Shown here: piece after piece, positions 37,237 to 47,334 of the stretch
Numbering within the stretch: the stretch's first letter is position 1
How the letters are laid out: each line of letters starts with the position of its first letter
DNA from: an uncultured delta proteobacterium
GTDB lineage: Bacteria; Desulfobacterota; Binatia; UBA9968
Reading direction: 5' to 3'
NCBI GenBank assembly: GCA_963745035.1
Contig: CAVUVW010000021.1
Location: forward strand, 320,001 to 384,000
Length of the DNA: 64,000 bases
Notes under the pieces: generated by a model
What the model saw: only the letters and a program-made list of their open reading frames with translations
Database searches by the model: none
Told to the model about the DNA's origin: nothing
Position numbers and translations under genes: made by a program

Positions 37237-38340
37237 TCAGTTCTCGGCGACTCCGCGCATTCTTTTTTCCGGCACCCCGCGGCGCTCTAAAATCCGGCTG
37301 TAGCGCGACATCGGATAGCAAAACAAAAAATAACCTGCGGCGGCGAACAAGTAAGCCTCGACGCCGAAGCCGGTCCACGCCGGTTCCGAAAGCGATACTT
37401 TGATGGCCGTCAAAAAGTCGAACAGGCCGATGATGACGACCAGCGACGTATCCTTGAAAAATCCGATGAAGGTATTGACCAGCGGCGGAATCGCGATGCG
37501 CAGCGCCTGAGGCAGGATCACAAACCAGGTGCGCTGCCAATAACCGAGCCCGAGCGCCTGAGCGGCTTCGTCCTGATGGCGCGGGATCGCCTGCAAGCCG
37601 CCGCGCACCACTTCGGCAAGGTAGGCAGCGGCAAAAAAAATCATGGCGAGTTGCGCGCGCAGGAGCTTATCGATCGACACGCCGGCGGGTAAAAACAGTG
37701 GCAGCAGCACCGAGGCCATGAACAGCACGGACACCAGCGGTACGCCGCGGATGATCTCGATGTAGGCGATGGCGCACCAGCGGAGCACGGGCATATCGGA
37801 GCGGCGCGCGAGCGCGAGCAAGATTGCGAGGGGAAAAGCCAACGCGAGCCCGAAGGTGCTGAGCAGAAGAGTCAACGTGAGCCCGCCCCACCGCTCATTC
37901 TCGACGTAACTCATACCAAATACGCCGCCCCACATGAGCGCGCCGATGGCTGCCAGGCCTATGAACCAGCAGGCGGCAAGGCGCGGCCAGACAGCGAAGC
38001 GCAGTGCGGTCAACGTCCACAGGCCGATGAGGAGGACGATGACAGCCGCGGGGCGCCACTGCTCGGCGACGGGATAGGTGCCGAACAAGATGAAGCGATG
38101 CTTGTCGGCGATAAACGCCCAGCACGCCCCGTGAGCCGCCGCGTCGCGGCAGAGCCGTGGATTCTCCGGCGACCAAACCGCGTGAAACAGCGCCCACTGG
38201 ACAAGGTCTGGAACGAACTGCCAAGCGAGATAGAGGATCGCCAGCGTGGTCAGCGCGCTCAACCAACCGGAAAAGAAACGGGCGCGCAGCCATGAAAACA
38301 CCGATTGGCGCGCAGCCGGAGGCGCTAAGCTCTCGCTCAT
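37237..38340 (-). CDS. aapM: General L-amino acid ABC transporter permease
   Basis: GACWAF, WGGLTLT, IEIIRGVPL, AYLAEVVRGGLQAIP and FKDTSL motifs. Confidence 0.87.
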   Translation of the reverse strand: MSESLAPPAARQSVFSWLRARFFSGWLSALTTLAILYLAWQFVPDLVQWALFHAVWSPENPRLCRDAAAHGACWAFIADKHRFILFGTYPVAEQWRPAAVIVLLIGLWTLTALRFAVWPRLAACWFIGLAAIGALMWGGVFGMSYVENERWGGLTLTLLLSTFGLALAFPLAILLALARRSDMPVLRWCAIAYIEIIRGVPLVSVLFMASVLLPLFLPAGVSIDKLLRAQLAMIFFAAAYLAEVVRGGLQAIPRHQDEAAQALGLGYWQRTWFVILPQALRIAIPPLVNTFIGFFKDTSLVVIIGLFDFLTAIKVSLSEPAWTGFGVEAYLFAAAGYFLFCYPMSRYSRILERRGVPEKRMRGVAEN

Positions 38341-39486
38341 AAAGTGGCCCCGCGCAGCGCCACGCGCCGATTGTACCAATTCATCAAAGCGGCGATTGCC
38401 AGGCTGACAGTCAAATAAACCAGCATGATGATCACGAAACCCTCGATCGCCTGGCCGGTTTGATTGATCGTGGTGTTGGCGATGGAAACCAGATCGGGAT
38501 AGCCGATCGCCACAGCGAGGGAGCTGTTCTTGATGCAGTTCAAATACTGGCTGGTCACCGGCGGGACGATGATCCGCAGCGCCTGCGGCGCGACAATAAA
38601 GCGGAGAACCTGATGGCGGCCAAGTCCCAGCGCATAACCCGCTTCGATCTGCCCGCGCTCTACGGCGAGAAAGCCGGCGCGGAGGATCTCGCCGATGAAT
38701 GCCGCCGTGTAGAGCGACAGGCCGAGCAGGAGGGCGGCAAACTCAGGCGACAGCGAGGCGCCGCCGGCGAAGTCAAAGCCGGTCAGCCGCGGATATTCCA
38801 TTTCGAAGGGCGCCGATGAAATCACCGCGGCGAGAGCGCCGATCATGCCGACCGCCGTAAAGATGCGCGTGCCGGCGGCGCGGGTCGCCGCGCGTCGTTT
38901 GGCTCGCACCATGAAGAGCGCCAGCGCCGCGGCAACGAGCGTGCCCGCGAGCGCCAGCCACACCGGCCCGGAGCCGCGCAGTAGAAGTAAAGGAAAAGCC
39001 ACGCCGCGGTTGCTGACGAATATGCCCGGCGCGGGATTCCAGGCTTCGGCCGGTCCGGGAAAATTCTCGGTCAGCGCGGCGTACCAAAAAAACAGCTGCA
39101 CGATCAACGGCGTATTGCGGAAGACTTCGACGTAGCCGGCGGCGAGCTTTGCGAGCCAGCCAGTTGGGCGACAAGCGCGCCAAGCCGACCACGACGCCGA
39201 CGACGCTCGAAAAAACAATCGCCAATGCCGCGACGCGGAAGGTGTTGAGCACGCCGATCGCGAGCGCGCGCAGGTAAGTGTCGGCGGCGCTGTGGGAAAG
39301 AAACGTGGTCTCGCCGATGGCGAAACCGGACTCGCGCTCAAGAAAGCCGAAGCCGCTGGCGACGCCGAGGTCCCGGAGATTTTGCGCCGCCGTCGAAGCC
39401 AAATACCATACTGCGACAGAGATCGCGCCGAGCAGCGCGGCTTGGTAGAGAAGCGCGCTCGCGCGCCTGCCGGATCGAGCGAACAT
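38337..39486 (-). CDS. aapQ: General L-amino acid ABC transporter permease, frameshift near 39160
   Basis: GFGFL...GVLNT...ARLSPNW, then YVEVFRNTPL, SNRG, SPEFAAL and KNSSLAVAIGYPDL. Confidence 0.83.
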
Positions 39487-39511
39487 CGATCAGCGCGGAG
39501 AAGACGGCGGT

Positions 39512-40525
39512 TCAGCGCAGCGGCGGCGCGTACATGAGGCCGCCCTGGTTCCAGAGCTTGTTCAGGCCGCGGTCGACGCCCAGCGGCGTCAGATGGCGCT
39601 CAAAGCTCTCGCCGTAGTTGCCGACCTGTTTGATGATGTTGTGCGCCCAGCGCTTGTCGACGCCGAGGGCCTTGCCGAGCGCGCCGGTGGCTCCGGTGAA
39701 GCGCTGCACCACCGGGTTGGCGGCTTTTGCCTGCTGATCGATGTTCTTGGAGCTCAGTCCGAGCTCTTCGGCGTCGATCATCGCGAACAGCGACCACTTG
39801 ACCAGATCGAACCAGAGATCATCGCCGTGGCGCACCGCGGGGCCGAGGGGCTCCTTGGAGATCACCTCGGGCAGAATCACGTGCTCGGAGGCGTCGGCCG
39901 CGCGCGCCGCGCGCGCGGCGATCAACCCGGAAACGTCGGTGGTGTAGACGTCGCAGCGCCCGGCGAAGTAGGCCTTCAGCACCTCTTCCATTTTTTCGAT
40001 GACCACCGGTTTGAATTTCATGTTTTGGGCGCGAAAGTAGTCGGCCAGATTGAGCTCGGTGGTGGTGCCCGGCTGCACGCACACGGTCGCGCCGTTGAGC
40101 TGGGCGGCGCTTTTCACGTTGCGCTTTTTGCCGACCATGAAGCCCTGGCCGTCGTAGTAGTTCACGCCGGCGAAATTGATGCCCAGGCCGGCGTCGCGGG
40201 CGATCGTCCAGCTCGTATTGCGCGACAGGATGTCGACTTCGCCGGATTGCAGCGCGGTGAAGCGCTGCTGCGGATTGAGCGGGGTGTAGCGCACCTTGCG
40301 CGCATCGCCAAACAGCGCGGCGGCCACGGCGCGGCAAAGGTCAACGTCGAGGCCGCGCCACTCGCCGCTGCTGTCCGGCTGGGAAAATCCCGCCAGCCCC
40401 GTGCTTACGCCGCATTGGATGAAACCTTTCTTGGCAGTGGCTGCCGCCGTCCCTTGGGCGCGGAGATGAGTGGCGCTCAAAAACATCAACGCGAGCGCGC
40501 CTCCCCACAGAATTGTCTGGCTCAT
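39512..40525 (-). CDS. aapJ: General L-amino acid ABC transporter substrate-binding protein
   Basis: CGVSTGLAGFS, RFTALQSGEVDILSRN, YYDGQGF, ISKEPLGP, VGNYGE and GGLMYAPP motifs. Confidence 0.92.
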   Translation of the reverse strand: MSQTILWGGALALMFLSATHLRAQGTAAATAKKGFIQCGVSTGLAGFSQPDSSGEWRGLDVDLCRAVAAALFGDARKVRYTPLNPQQRFTALQSGEVDILSRNTSWTIARDAGLGINFAGVNYYDGQGFMVGKKRNVKSAAQLNGATVCVQPGTTTELNLADYFRAQNMKFKPVVIEKMEEVLKAYFAGRCDVYTTDVSGLIAARAARAADASEHVILPEVISKEPLGPAVRHGDDLWFDLVKWSLFAMIDAEELGLSSKNIDQQAKAANPVVQRFTGATGALGKALGVDKRWAHNIIKQVGNYGESFERHLTPLGVDRGLNKLWNQGGLMYAPPLR

Positions 40526-40704
40526 GATTGCCGTTGGTCCTCCTCTCGTTGAGAGGCAGTATATGCAGGTCGACGCGCAGCGGCAACGTGGCCCGCACGC
40601 AACACAACGTACGGAGGTTGTGATGCGTGATCCAAGGACGACGACGGCTGCAACGTGTGGACGATCAGGCGATGGTCAACGAGCAGGCAAGACGGTGTCG
40701 AGTC

Positions 40705-41430
40705 TCAACGGGTTCTCGGCGCCGGACGGTCCGCCACCACGTTGGTGGTCGCCGGTGAGTTCTGCAAAACCAGGAGGGCATCCAGCCCGACGCGCAGCGC
40801 GATACCCGGTATGCTGCGATACAGCCGGAGTACCTTGAACTGAGTGCCGCCGAGCTCGGCCAGAAGATAGCTTTGCGCGCTCAGGATCGCTTTTCTTTGC
40901 AGCGTGACCAGCTCCTCGCTCAATTGATCTTCGCGCTGCCACGGCGTGCGCAAGCCAACCAGCACCAGCACGGTACCATTGGTCGCGGCGCTCTTGAACA
41001 GCATTGATGGCACTTTGTCCGACGAGGGTGTCTCCTCGACCACCGCGGGCCGGTCGAGCAGGACGTTGACGACGTTGCCCGAGTGGGCGAGCTCGGCCAG
41101 CGCCTCCGGGCCGACCTCTAAGGCGATTCCGGGAATGCGATCGTAACGACGCGTAACCCGATAGGGCTTGCCAAAGAGCTCGGACAATAAATCGGACTGG
41201 ATCGCAGCGATCGCTTCGCGTTGCTCGTGGATCTGGCTCTCGCTCAAACCCGATTCCATTTGCCAGGGAACCTTGAGACCGACGAGGACCGCCACCATGC
41301 CGTGAGCGGCCGCCTGATCGATCACCTCGACGGGCACTTTTGCACCCGTTTGCGCCGCGTGCGCCGCGCCGCAGACGAGCGCGAGGGCCGAGCCGACGGC
41401 GCACAACAAGAGTGTTTTGGGAAGTTTCAT
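40705..41430 (-). CDS. Secreted protein with two tandem subtilase propeptide (I9-like) repeats
   Basis: Signal peptide; two approximately 90-aa repeats GxVxVLVGL..PWQxE..LSE...Q..LL.EL...Y..IPGIALxVG..AL..L..S....V..DRP; no protease domain. Confidence 0.7.
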   Translation of the reverse strand: MKLPKTLLLCAVGSALALVCGAAHAAQTGAKVPVEVIDQAAAHGMVAVLVGLKVPWQMESGLSESQIHEQREAIAAIQSDLLSELFGKPYRVTRRYDRIPGIALEVGPEALAELAHSGNVVNVLLDRPAVVEETPSSDKVPSMLFKSAATNGTVLVLVGLRTPWQREDQLSEELVTLQRKAILSAQSYLLAELGGTQFKVLRLYRSIPGIALRVGLDALLVLQNSPATTNVVADRPAPRTR

Positions 41431-41655
41431 GTTCGTGACCTTCGCTCGATTGACAGGAAACAAACCGTTCGAGTCACGGGGTGAGAAGCGGCGCTGTGCT
41501 TGCCCAACTGCATCCTAAACCGTTTGAGGCAATGATGTCCAGAGAATATGCCGGCGATCGACAATCCCCGGAGAACTCGCCGCGCGAGCGGAAAACTTGG
41601 CGCCGAGTATGGTTGTTTAGGCGGCGGTATGATATTGACCGGCTAGGAGAAGTTC

Positions 41656-41946
41656 ATGGAAGAGTCGTCGGTTAAACGTTTGTTCGTCGGCATCAAGATC
41701 ACCAAGTCGCTGCAGGATGATTTGGATAGTCCAGCCCCCGGCACCAAGCACTATTTCGAAGGCAACAACAACGAGTATCTGCAGATCGTCAATTTCGGCG
41801 ATGAGAGGTTTATCGGTCGCTACCTCAAAGACGGATTTCCCGCCGCCAACATCAGTGACGTGAGCCGCAATGTCTGCAGCATCGTCAAGCTGATCGCCCG
41901 CGGGCGGCGCATCGAAGACAACGACGTCCATATCTATTCGTGCTGA
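41656..41946 (+). CDS. Small hypothetical protein
   Basis: 96 aa; AGGAG RBS; host-like codon usage. Confidence 0.72.
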   Translation: MEESSVKRLFVGIKITKSLQDDLDSPAPGTKHYFEGNNNEYLQIVNFGDERFIGRYLKDGFPAANISDVSRNVCSIVKLIARGRRIEDNDVHIYSC

Positions 41947-42079
41947 GCGCATCGAGCTCCGCTCCGATTCCGCGCCATCGAGCCATCGGATTGCCTTTTG
42001 TCTTTCTCGCCGGCATCTGGCCGCGTCATTGCGCCGCCGCGCTGCTGGACCGCAGCCCAACGTCTGTTATAACTAGGCG

Positions 42080-42802
42080 ATGCAAACTCTCCAGGTAACC
42101 CTGTGGATGTACGCAAACGCGTTCTGGCGCTCCTGGGAATGCGCCGCCAGAAATTGGGTGGTGAGCTTCGCTCCGGTTGCTTACGGCATTATCCTGGCGG
42201 TGATCGCGTCGCTGGTGGCGCCGTTGGGGATCGTCGGCGCGCTGCTGTTTTCGCTGGCGAGCCAGGCGTGCGTGAGCTCGGGGCTCTTCCTGATCAAGAA
42301 CATGGTCGAGAACAACAAAGCCGACTTCAACGATTTTCTGAAGGGCTTCACGGTGTTTCTCTGGGAGCTGCTGGGCATCGCTTTCATCCTTTGGATTCCG
42401 CTCCGGGTTCTGTCCATGGGGCTGGCGACGGCGCCGAACGGCGCGTTGATTTATTTCCTGGTCAAGCTGGCGCTCTACATTCTTCTCAACCCGGTCCCAG
42501 AGTTCATTTACCAGACGCGCGCCTCGGGGCTGGAGCTGATCAGCTCCAGCTACAACTTTATCGTCGAGAACTGGATCGAGTGGCTGATTCCGAATATCGT
42601 TCTGTTCGCGCTCGGATATTTCCTGCTGGAACTCCTCGAGCCGCTGCTCTTTGGCTTGCCGGGATTCGTCGCGCTTTTCTTGTACGCCTTCATTGCCGGG
42701 CTGGCATTGACCTATTTTATGATCTTTCGCGGCTTTCTCTTCGCCCAACTGCACGGCACCACCCGCCGCAGCCGGCTGTACCGCTACAAGTCGCAAAGCT
42801 GA
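42080..42802 (+). CDS. Hypothetical integral membrane protein
   Basis: About 6 hydrophobic segments; basic C-terminal tail. Confidence 0.8.
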   Translation: MQTLQVTLWMYANAFWRSWECAARNWVVSFAPVAYGIILAVIASLVAPLGIVGALLFSLASQACVSSGLFLIKNMVENNKADFNDFLKGFTVFLWELLGIAFILWIPLRVLSMGLATAPNGALIYFLVKLALYILLNPVPEFIYQTRASGLELISSSYNFIVENWIEWLIPNIVLFALGYFLLELLEPLLFGLPGFVALFLYAFIAGLALTYFMIFRGFLFAQLHGTTRRSRLYRYKSQS

Positions 42803-42876
42803 ACGCCGCTTGCCGCCAATCAACTTGACCTGCCCGGTTTCTTATGGTGTTTTGATGGGACGCCCGCCGCACGTTT

Positions 42877-44160
42877 ATGAAGATCCATAGCATCAAGGGA
42901 TTCTCGGACATCCTGCCCGGCGAAGTCGAGCTGTGGCAATCGGTGGAAGCCGCCGCGCGCCGCGTGTTTGACGCCTACGCGTTCGCCGAGATCCGCATTC
43001 CGATCGTGGAAAAGACCGAGCTCTTTAGCCGATCGATCGGCGAGAGCACTGACATCGTCGAAAAGGAAATGTACACCTTCGAGGACCGCGACAGCCGCGC
43101 GCCCGAAGGGACCGAGTCGACCCGGCTAACCCTGCGTCCCGAAGGCACGGCCGGCGTGGTGCGCGCCTACATCGAAGGGGAGATGTTCAAGGTCGAGCCG
43201 GTGCGCAAGCTCTATTACATGGGTCCGATGTTCCGGCGCGAGCGGCCGCAGAAGGGCAGGATGCGCCAGTTTCACCAGATCGGGGCCGAAGCGCTCGGAC
43301 GCGCTGATCCGCTGATCGACGCCGAGATTTTGCTGCTGCTGCATGATTTTTTCATCGCGGTGGGTCTAAGCGAACCGGCGCTACAGCTAAATTCCCTCGG
43401 CGATGCGGCGTGCCGGCCTGAATATCGGGAAAAGCTCCTCGCCTTTCTAAAAGCTCGGCAAGATTCCTTGTGCGCTGATTGTCGGCGGCGCATCGATCGC
43501 AATCCACTGCGCGTTTTGGATTGCAAAGAGCCGGGCTGCATTGCCGCGACCCGCCACGCGCCGTCGATTCTCGATTCGCTGTGTACACCCTGTCACGAGC
43601 ATTTCGCCGCGGTGCAGCGGCTGCTCAACGATACAAAAATAAATTTTACGCTCAATCCGCGCATGGTTCGCGGTCTGGATTATTATTGCCGGACGACTTT
43701 CGAATGGACGACCGCGCTGCTCGGCTCCCAGAGCGCGGTGGCGGCCGGGGGGCGCTACGACGGCTTGGTGCAGGAGCTCGGCGGTCCGGCGATTCCCGGC
43801 GTCGGTTTTGCCCTCGGCGTAGAGCGGCTGACGATGTTGCTCAACATGCAGGAGCGGGCGGCGCTCGGCGGCCCGGCCATTTACGTCGTCTGGGTGGGTG
43901 AGCAAGCGCGCGACTGGGTCTTCCCACACGTTCATCGCTTGCGCCAAAGCGGCATGCGAGTCGAGATGGAAGGGGAATCGCGCAGCCTCAAGAGCCAAAT
44001 GCGCCGCGCCGACAAGCTCAGGGCCGGCGCGGTATTGATCGTCGGCGACGACGAGCTCAACAAAGGCGCGGCGATTTTCCGCCACATGGCGAGCAAGCAA
44101 CAGGAAGAAATCAAACTCGACGAGCTGGAGGCGGTGTTGACGGCGAGGAAGGAAAGTTAG
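42877..44160 (+). CDS. hisS: Histidine--tRNA ligase
   Basis: TDIVEKEMYTF, LRPEGTA, FRRERPQKGRMRQFHQ, VRGLDYY and GGRYDGL motifs. Confidence 0.97.
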   Translation: MKIHSIKGFSDILPGEVELWQSVEAAARRVFDAYAFAEIRIPIVEKTELFSRSIGESTDIVEKEMYTFEDRDSRAPEGTESTRLTLRPEGTAGVVRAYIEGEMFKVEPVRKLYYMGPMFRRERPQKGRMRQFHQIGAEALGRADPLIDAEILLLLHDFFIAVGLSEPALQLNSLGDAACRPEYREKLLAFLKARQDSLCADCRRRIDRNPLRVLDCKEPGCIAATRHAPSILDSLCTPCHEHFAAVQRLLNDTKINFTLNPRMVRGLDYYCRTTFEWTTALLGSQSAVAAGGRYDGLVQELGGPAIPGVGFALGVERLTMLLNMQERAALGGPAIYVVWVGEQARDWVFPHVHRLRQSGMRVEMEGESRSLKSQMRRADKLRAGAVLIVGDDELNKGAAIFRHMASKQQEEIKLDELEAVLTARKES

Positions 44161-44163
44161 TCG

Positions 44164-45972
44164 ATGGCGGAGCGGGTTTTTAGCGATGCAGTTGGGCGAC
44201 TGGAAGCGGAGCTGCGTACTGCGGTGAGCCGCGCGCGGCTTCGGTCGGCGCAGAGCTGACTCTTGCCGGCTGGGTGCACAGCCGACGCGATCACGGCGGC
44301 GTGATTTTCGTCGATCTGCGCGATCGCAGCGGCATCTGCCAGGTGGTTTTCAACCCGGAGTTCGATCCGCTCTCGCACGAGAAGGCCAAACAGATCCGCT
44401 CCGAAGACGTGATCGCGGTGCGCGGCACTTTGTCGAAGCGCTCGCCGGAAACCATCAATCCCGACCTCGCCACCGGGGAAGTCGAGTTGATATGCAAAGA
44501 GCTGCGCTTGCTGAACGCCTCGGCGGTGCCGCCGTTCGCTCATCGAAGACGAGACCGAGGCCAACGAAAACACCCGGCTCAAGTACCGCTATCTCGATCT
44601 GCGCCGGCCGCAAAGCTTGGGGCATCTGCTGCTGCGCTACCGCATGACCAAGCTGATCCGCGATTATCTCGACGGCGCGGGGTTTATCGACGTCGAGACG
44701 CCGGTGCTGACCAAGAGCACGCCGGAAGGGGCGCGCGACTATCTCGTGCCGAGCCGGATCTATCCCGGCAAGTTCTACGCGCTGCCGCAGTCGCCGCAGC
44801 TCTTCAAGCAGATCTTGATGGTCGGCGGGCTCGACCGCTATTTTCAGATCGTCAAGTGTTTTCGCGACGAGGATCTGCGCGCCGACCGCCAGCCCGAGTT
44901 CACCCAGCTCGACATGGAAATGTCGTTCGTCGAGCGCGAAGACGTGATGGCAGGTGGTCGAAGGGATGATCGCGCTGCTGTTCAAAGAGTTGAAGGGCAT
45001 CGAGCTCGACAGCGACCGTTCCGGCGCCTGACCTACGAAGAGGCGATGAACCGCTTCGGCTCCGACAAGCCCGACATGCGCTTCGGCCTTGAGATCCGCG
45101 ATTTCAGCGCCGCACTGAGCGCCTGCCAGTTCAAGGTGTTCGCCGGCGCGATCAGAAAGGCGGCGTGGTCAAGGGCATCCGCATTCCCAAGGGCGGGGAC
45201 ATGTCGCGCAAGGATTTGGACGACATGACGCCGTTTGTGGCGACCTTCGGCGCCAAGGGAATCGCCTGGACGAAGATCACCGCCGAAGGCTGGCAGTCGC
45301 CCATCGCGAAGTTCTTGTCCGCAGCCGAGCAAAAAGCGATCGAACGGATCGCCGAGGCAGAAACCGGCGACGTGATCGTGTTTTCCGCCGACAGCGCGAA
45401 AATCGTCCATGACGCCCTCGGCAACCTGCGGCTGCATCTCGGCGAAAAGCTCGGGCTGATTCCCGAGCGCGAATATGCGCTGGTCTGGGTGGTCGATTTT
45501 CCGCTTGATGGAATTCGATCCCGAGGAAAAGCGCTACGTGGCGCTGCATCATCCTTTTACCGCGCCGCTCGATGAAGACTTGGCTTTGCTCGAGAGCGAT
45601 GCCGCCAAGACGCGCTCGAAGGCGTACGATCTTGCGCTCAACGGAATGGAAATCGGCGGCGGCAGCATCCGTATTCATCAGGTCGAGCTGCAAAAGAAAA
45701 TTCTCGGCCTGATGGGCATCGGCGCCGAGGAGGCGCAAGCCAAGTTCGGTTTCTTGCTCGATGCCTTGAGCTTCGGCGCGCCGCCCCACGGCGGCATCGC
45801 CTTCGGCATCGATCGCTTGGCGATGCTTTTGAGCGGCGCCAAGTCGCTGCGCGACGTGATCGCTTTTCCCAAGAGCCAGCGCGCCGTTTGCATGTTGACC
45901 GACGCGCCGTCCGAGGTGGAGCCGCGCCAGCTTCGCGAGCTCGGCATGCGCCTGGCGGAGGCGGAAAAATAG
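44164..45972 (+). CDS. aspS: Aspartate--tRNA ligase, broken by several frameshifts (probable sequencing errors)
   Basis: [64 protein letters not shown] and GAPPHGGIA across successive frames. Confidence 0.93.
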
Positions 45973-46028
45973 CGCTGGACGGGCTATTGCCAGCTCGGCG
46001 TGAATTCTGCTACCTTGGGACCATCGCG

Positions 46029-46695
46029 ATGATGAAACGTTTCGTATCGATCTTTCTGCTGTTTTTACGGCGTGCAGCTTCGCGTCCAGCAATCTGCAAA
46101 GCCGCCATTCCACGGATCTGGAGGCGCGCCGCATCCGCAGAATCGCGGTGGTGCCGCCGAGCGCGCTGAGCGATGAAGCGCGCGGCAAGGCGCCGCTGGG
46201 CGGCGCATTCGGACGCAAAGGCGGGCGGGCGCGACGCCGAGTGAAACTTTGGCGCGCATCACCTATTCCGTGCTCGCGGCTTTGCCCAATTGGCAAATCG
46301 TTTCCGATAGCGAGGTTCGTGAAGTGGCCCAGACCGTGCGCGCCGGCAGTCGAGGCGACGCGCTTCCGGCAGATCGGCGAAAGGGTTTACGCCGACGCCG
46401 TGCTGACCGGCCGCATGCAGCGTTATCGTGAGCGGGTGGGCGATGAGTGGGGCGCCAAGAGCCCGGCATCGGTGGCTTTCGTGTTGGATCTGGTCGACGT
46501 GCGGCGCGGCGACGTGATCTGGTCGGCGACGCTTCGACGAGACGCAGAAATCGCTCAGCGAAAATATTTTCGCGTTGGGCGATATCAGCCAGCGCGGGGT
46601 GCGCTGGTTGAGCGCCGAACAGCTCGCTCAAGAAGGCGTCAAGAAAAGCCATCGCCCAACTCCACCAAATCATCGCCGAGGCGCCGACATCCTGA
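46029..46695 (+). CDS. Putative lipoprotein with several frameshifts
   Basis: Reconstructed lipobox LFLTACS; RIAVVP; ADAVLTG...VAFVLDLVDVRRGDVIWS; pieces lie in ORFs 46148 and 46249. Confidence 0.55.
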
Positions 46696-46716
46696 TCAGT
46701 TGCGTGTTCGCGCCAT

Positions 46717-47331
46717 TCAAATTCTAACCTTGTAGATTGCGCTTGCAATTGCGGCTCGATCTCGAGCGGTTTCGACAATCCGCTCGCTCGACAGCTTGCC
46801 GATATCGGCAAGCTTCCGAAAACTGCCGCGGTCAAGCAGCACGTTGTCGCCGTTTGCCAGCCTGATGCGCAGCGCCGGCACGGGAAAACTTTCGGCCGCG
46901 GTGGAACCGCCGAGGGCAAAACCGCTGTAGACCTGATCGACGCCGAGCGAGATCTCCGCGATCTCGTCGTAGCCGGCGGCGAGCACGATTGTGCGATACA
47001 GACTCTGGCGGCGCAGAGTCAACTGGCGCGCTTCGCTGTCGATTTCGATGGTGCGTCGCTGGGTGATCAGAAAAAACGATATCCCGAACAGGATCAGATT
47101 CATCACCGGGAAATACCAAAGCGAGCCCGCCGGGCCGACAAAGCCGCGCACACGCAGCGCCTCGAGGATCGGCACCGAGACGAAAAGCAGCAGCAGCGCG
47201 ATGCCCAGGCAGAGAAAAGCCGGAAAACGAGCGCCTTGCCAGCGCAGCAAAACTCTGCGCGGCGTTTGCTCGACGGCGCGAAAACCGAGCCGGTTGCCGA
47301 TGGCTTCGAACTGGGCGGGATTGCCGATCAT
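46717..47331 (-). CDS. Hypothetical membrane protein (2 TM plus beta-rich domain)
   Basis: Two hydrophobic segments; AAGGA RBS overlaps the upstream stop; the 3' end may be frameshifted. Confidence 0.7.
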   Translation of the reverse strand: MIGNPAQFEAIGNRLGFRAVEQTPRRVLLRWQGARFPAFLCLGIALLLLFVSVPILEALRVRGFVGPAGSLWYFPVMNLILFGISFFLITQRRTIEIDSEARQLTLRRQSLYRTIVLAAGYDEIAEISLGVDQVYSGFALGGSTAAESFPVPALRIRLANGDNVLLDRGSFRKLADIGKLSSERIVETARDRAAIASAIYKVRI

Positions 47332-47334
47332 TCC

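Noticed and set aside
44164-45972. Programmed frameshifting or pseudogenisation of aspS (also lysS and sufC)
   Set aside because: The shifts are numerous and scattered, lack consistent slippery motifs and fall in essential genes; sequencing error is the simpler explanation
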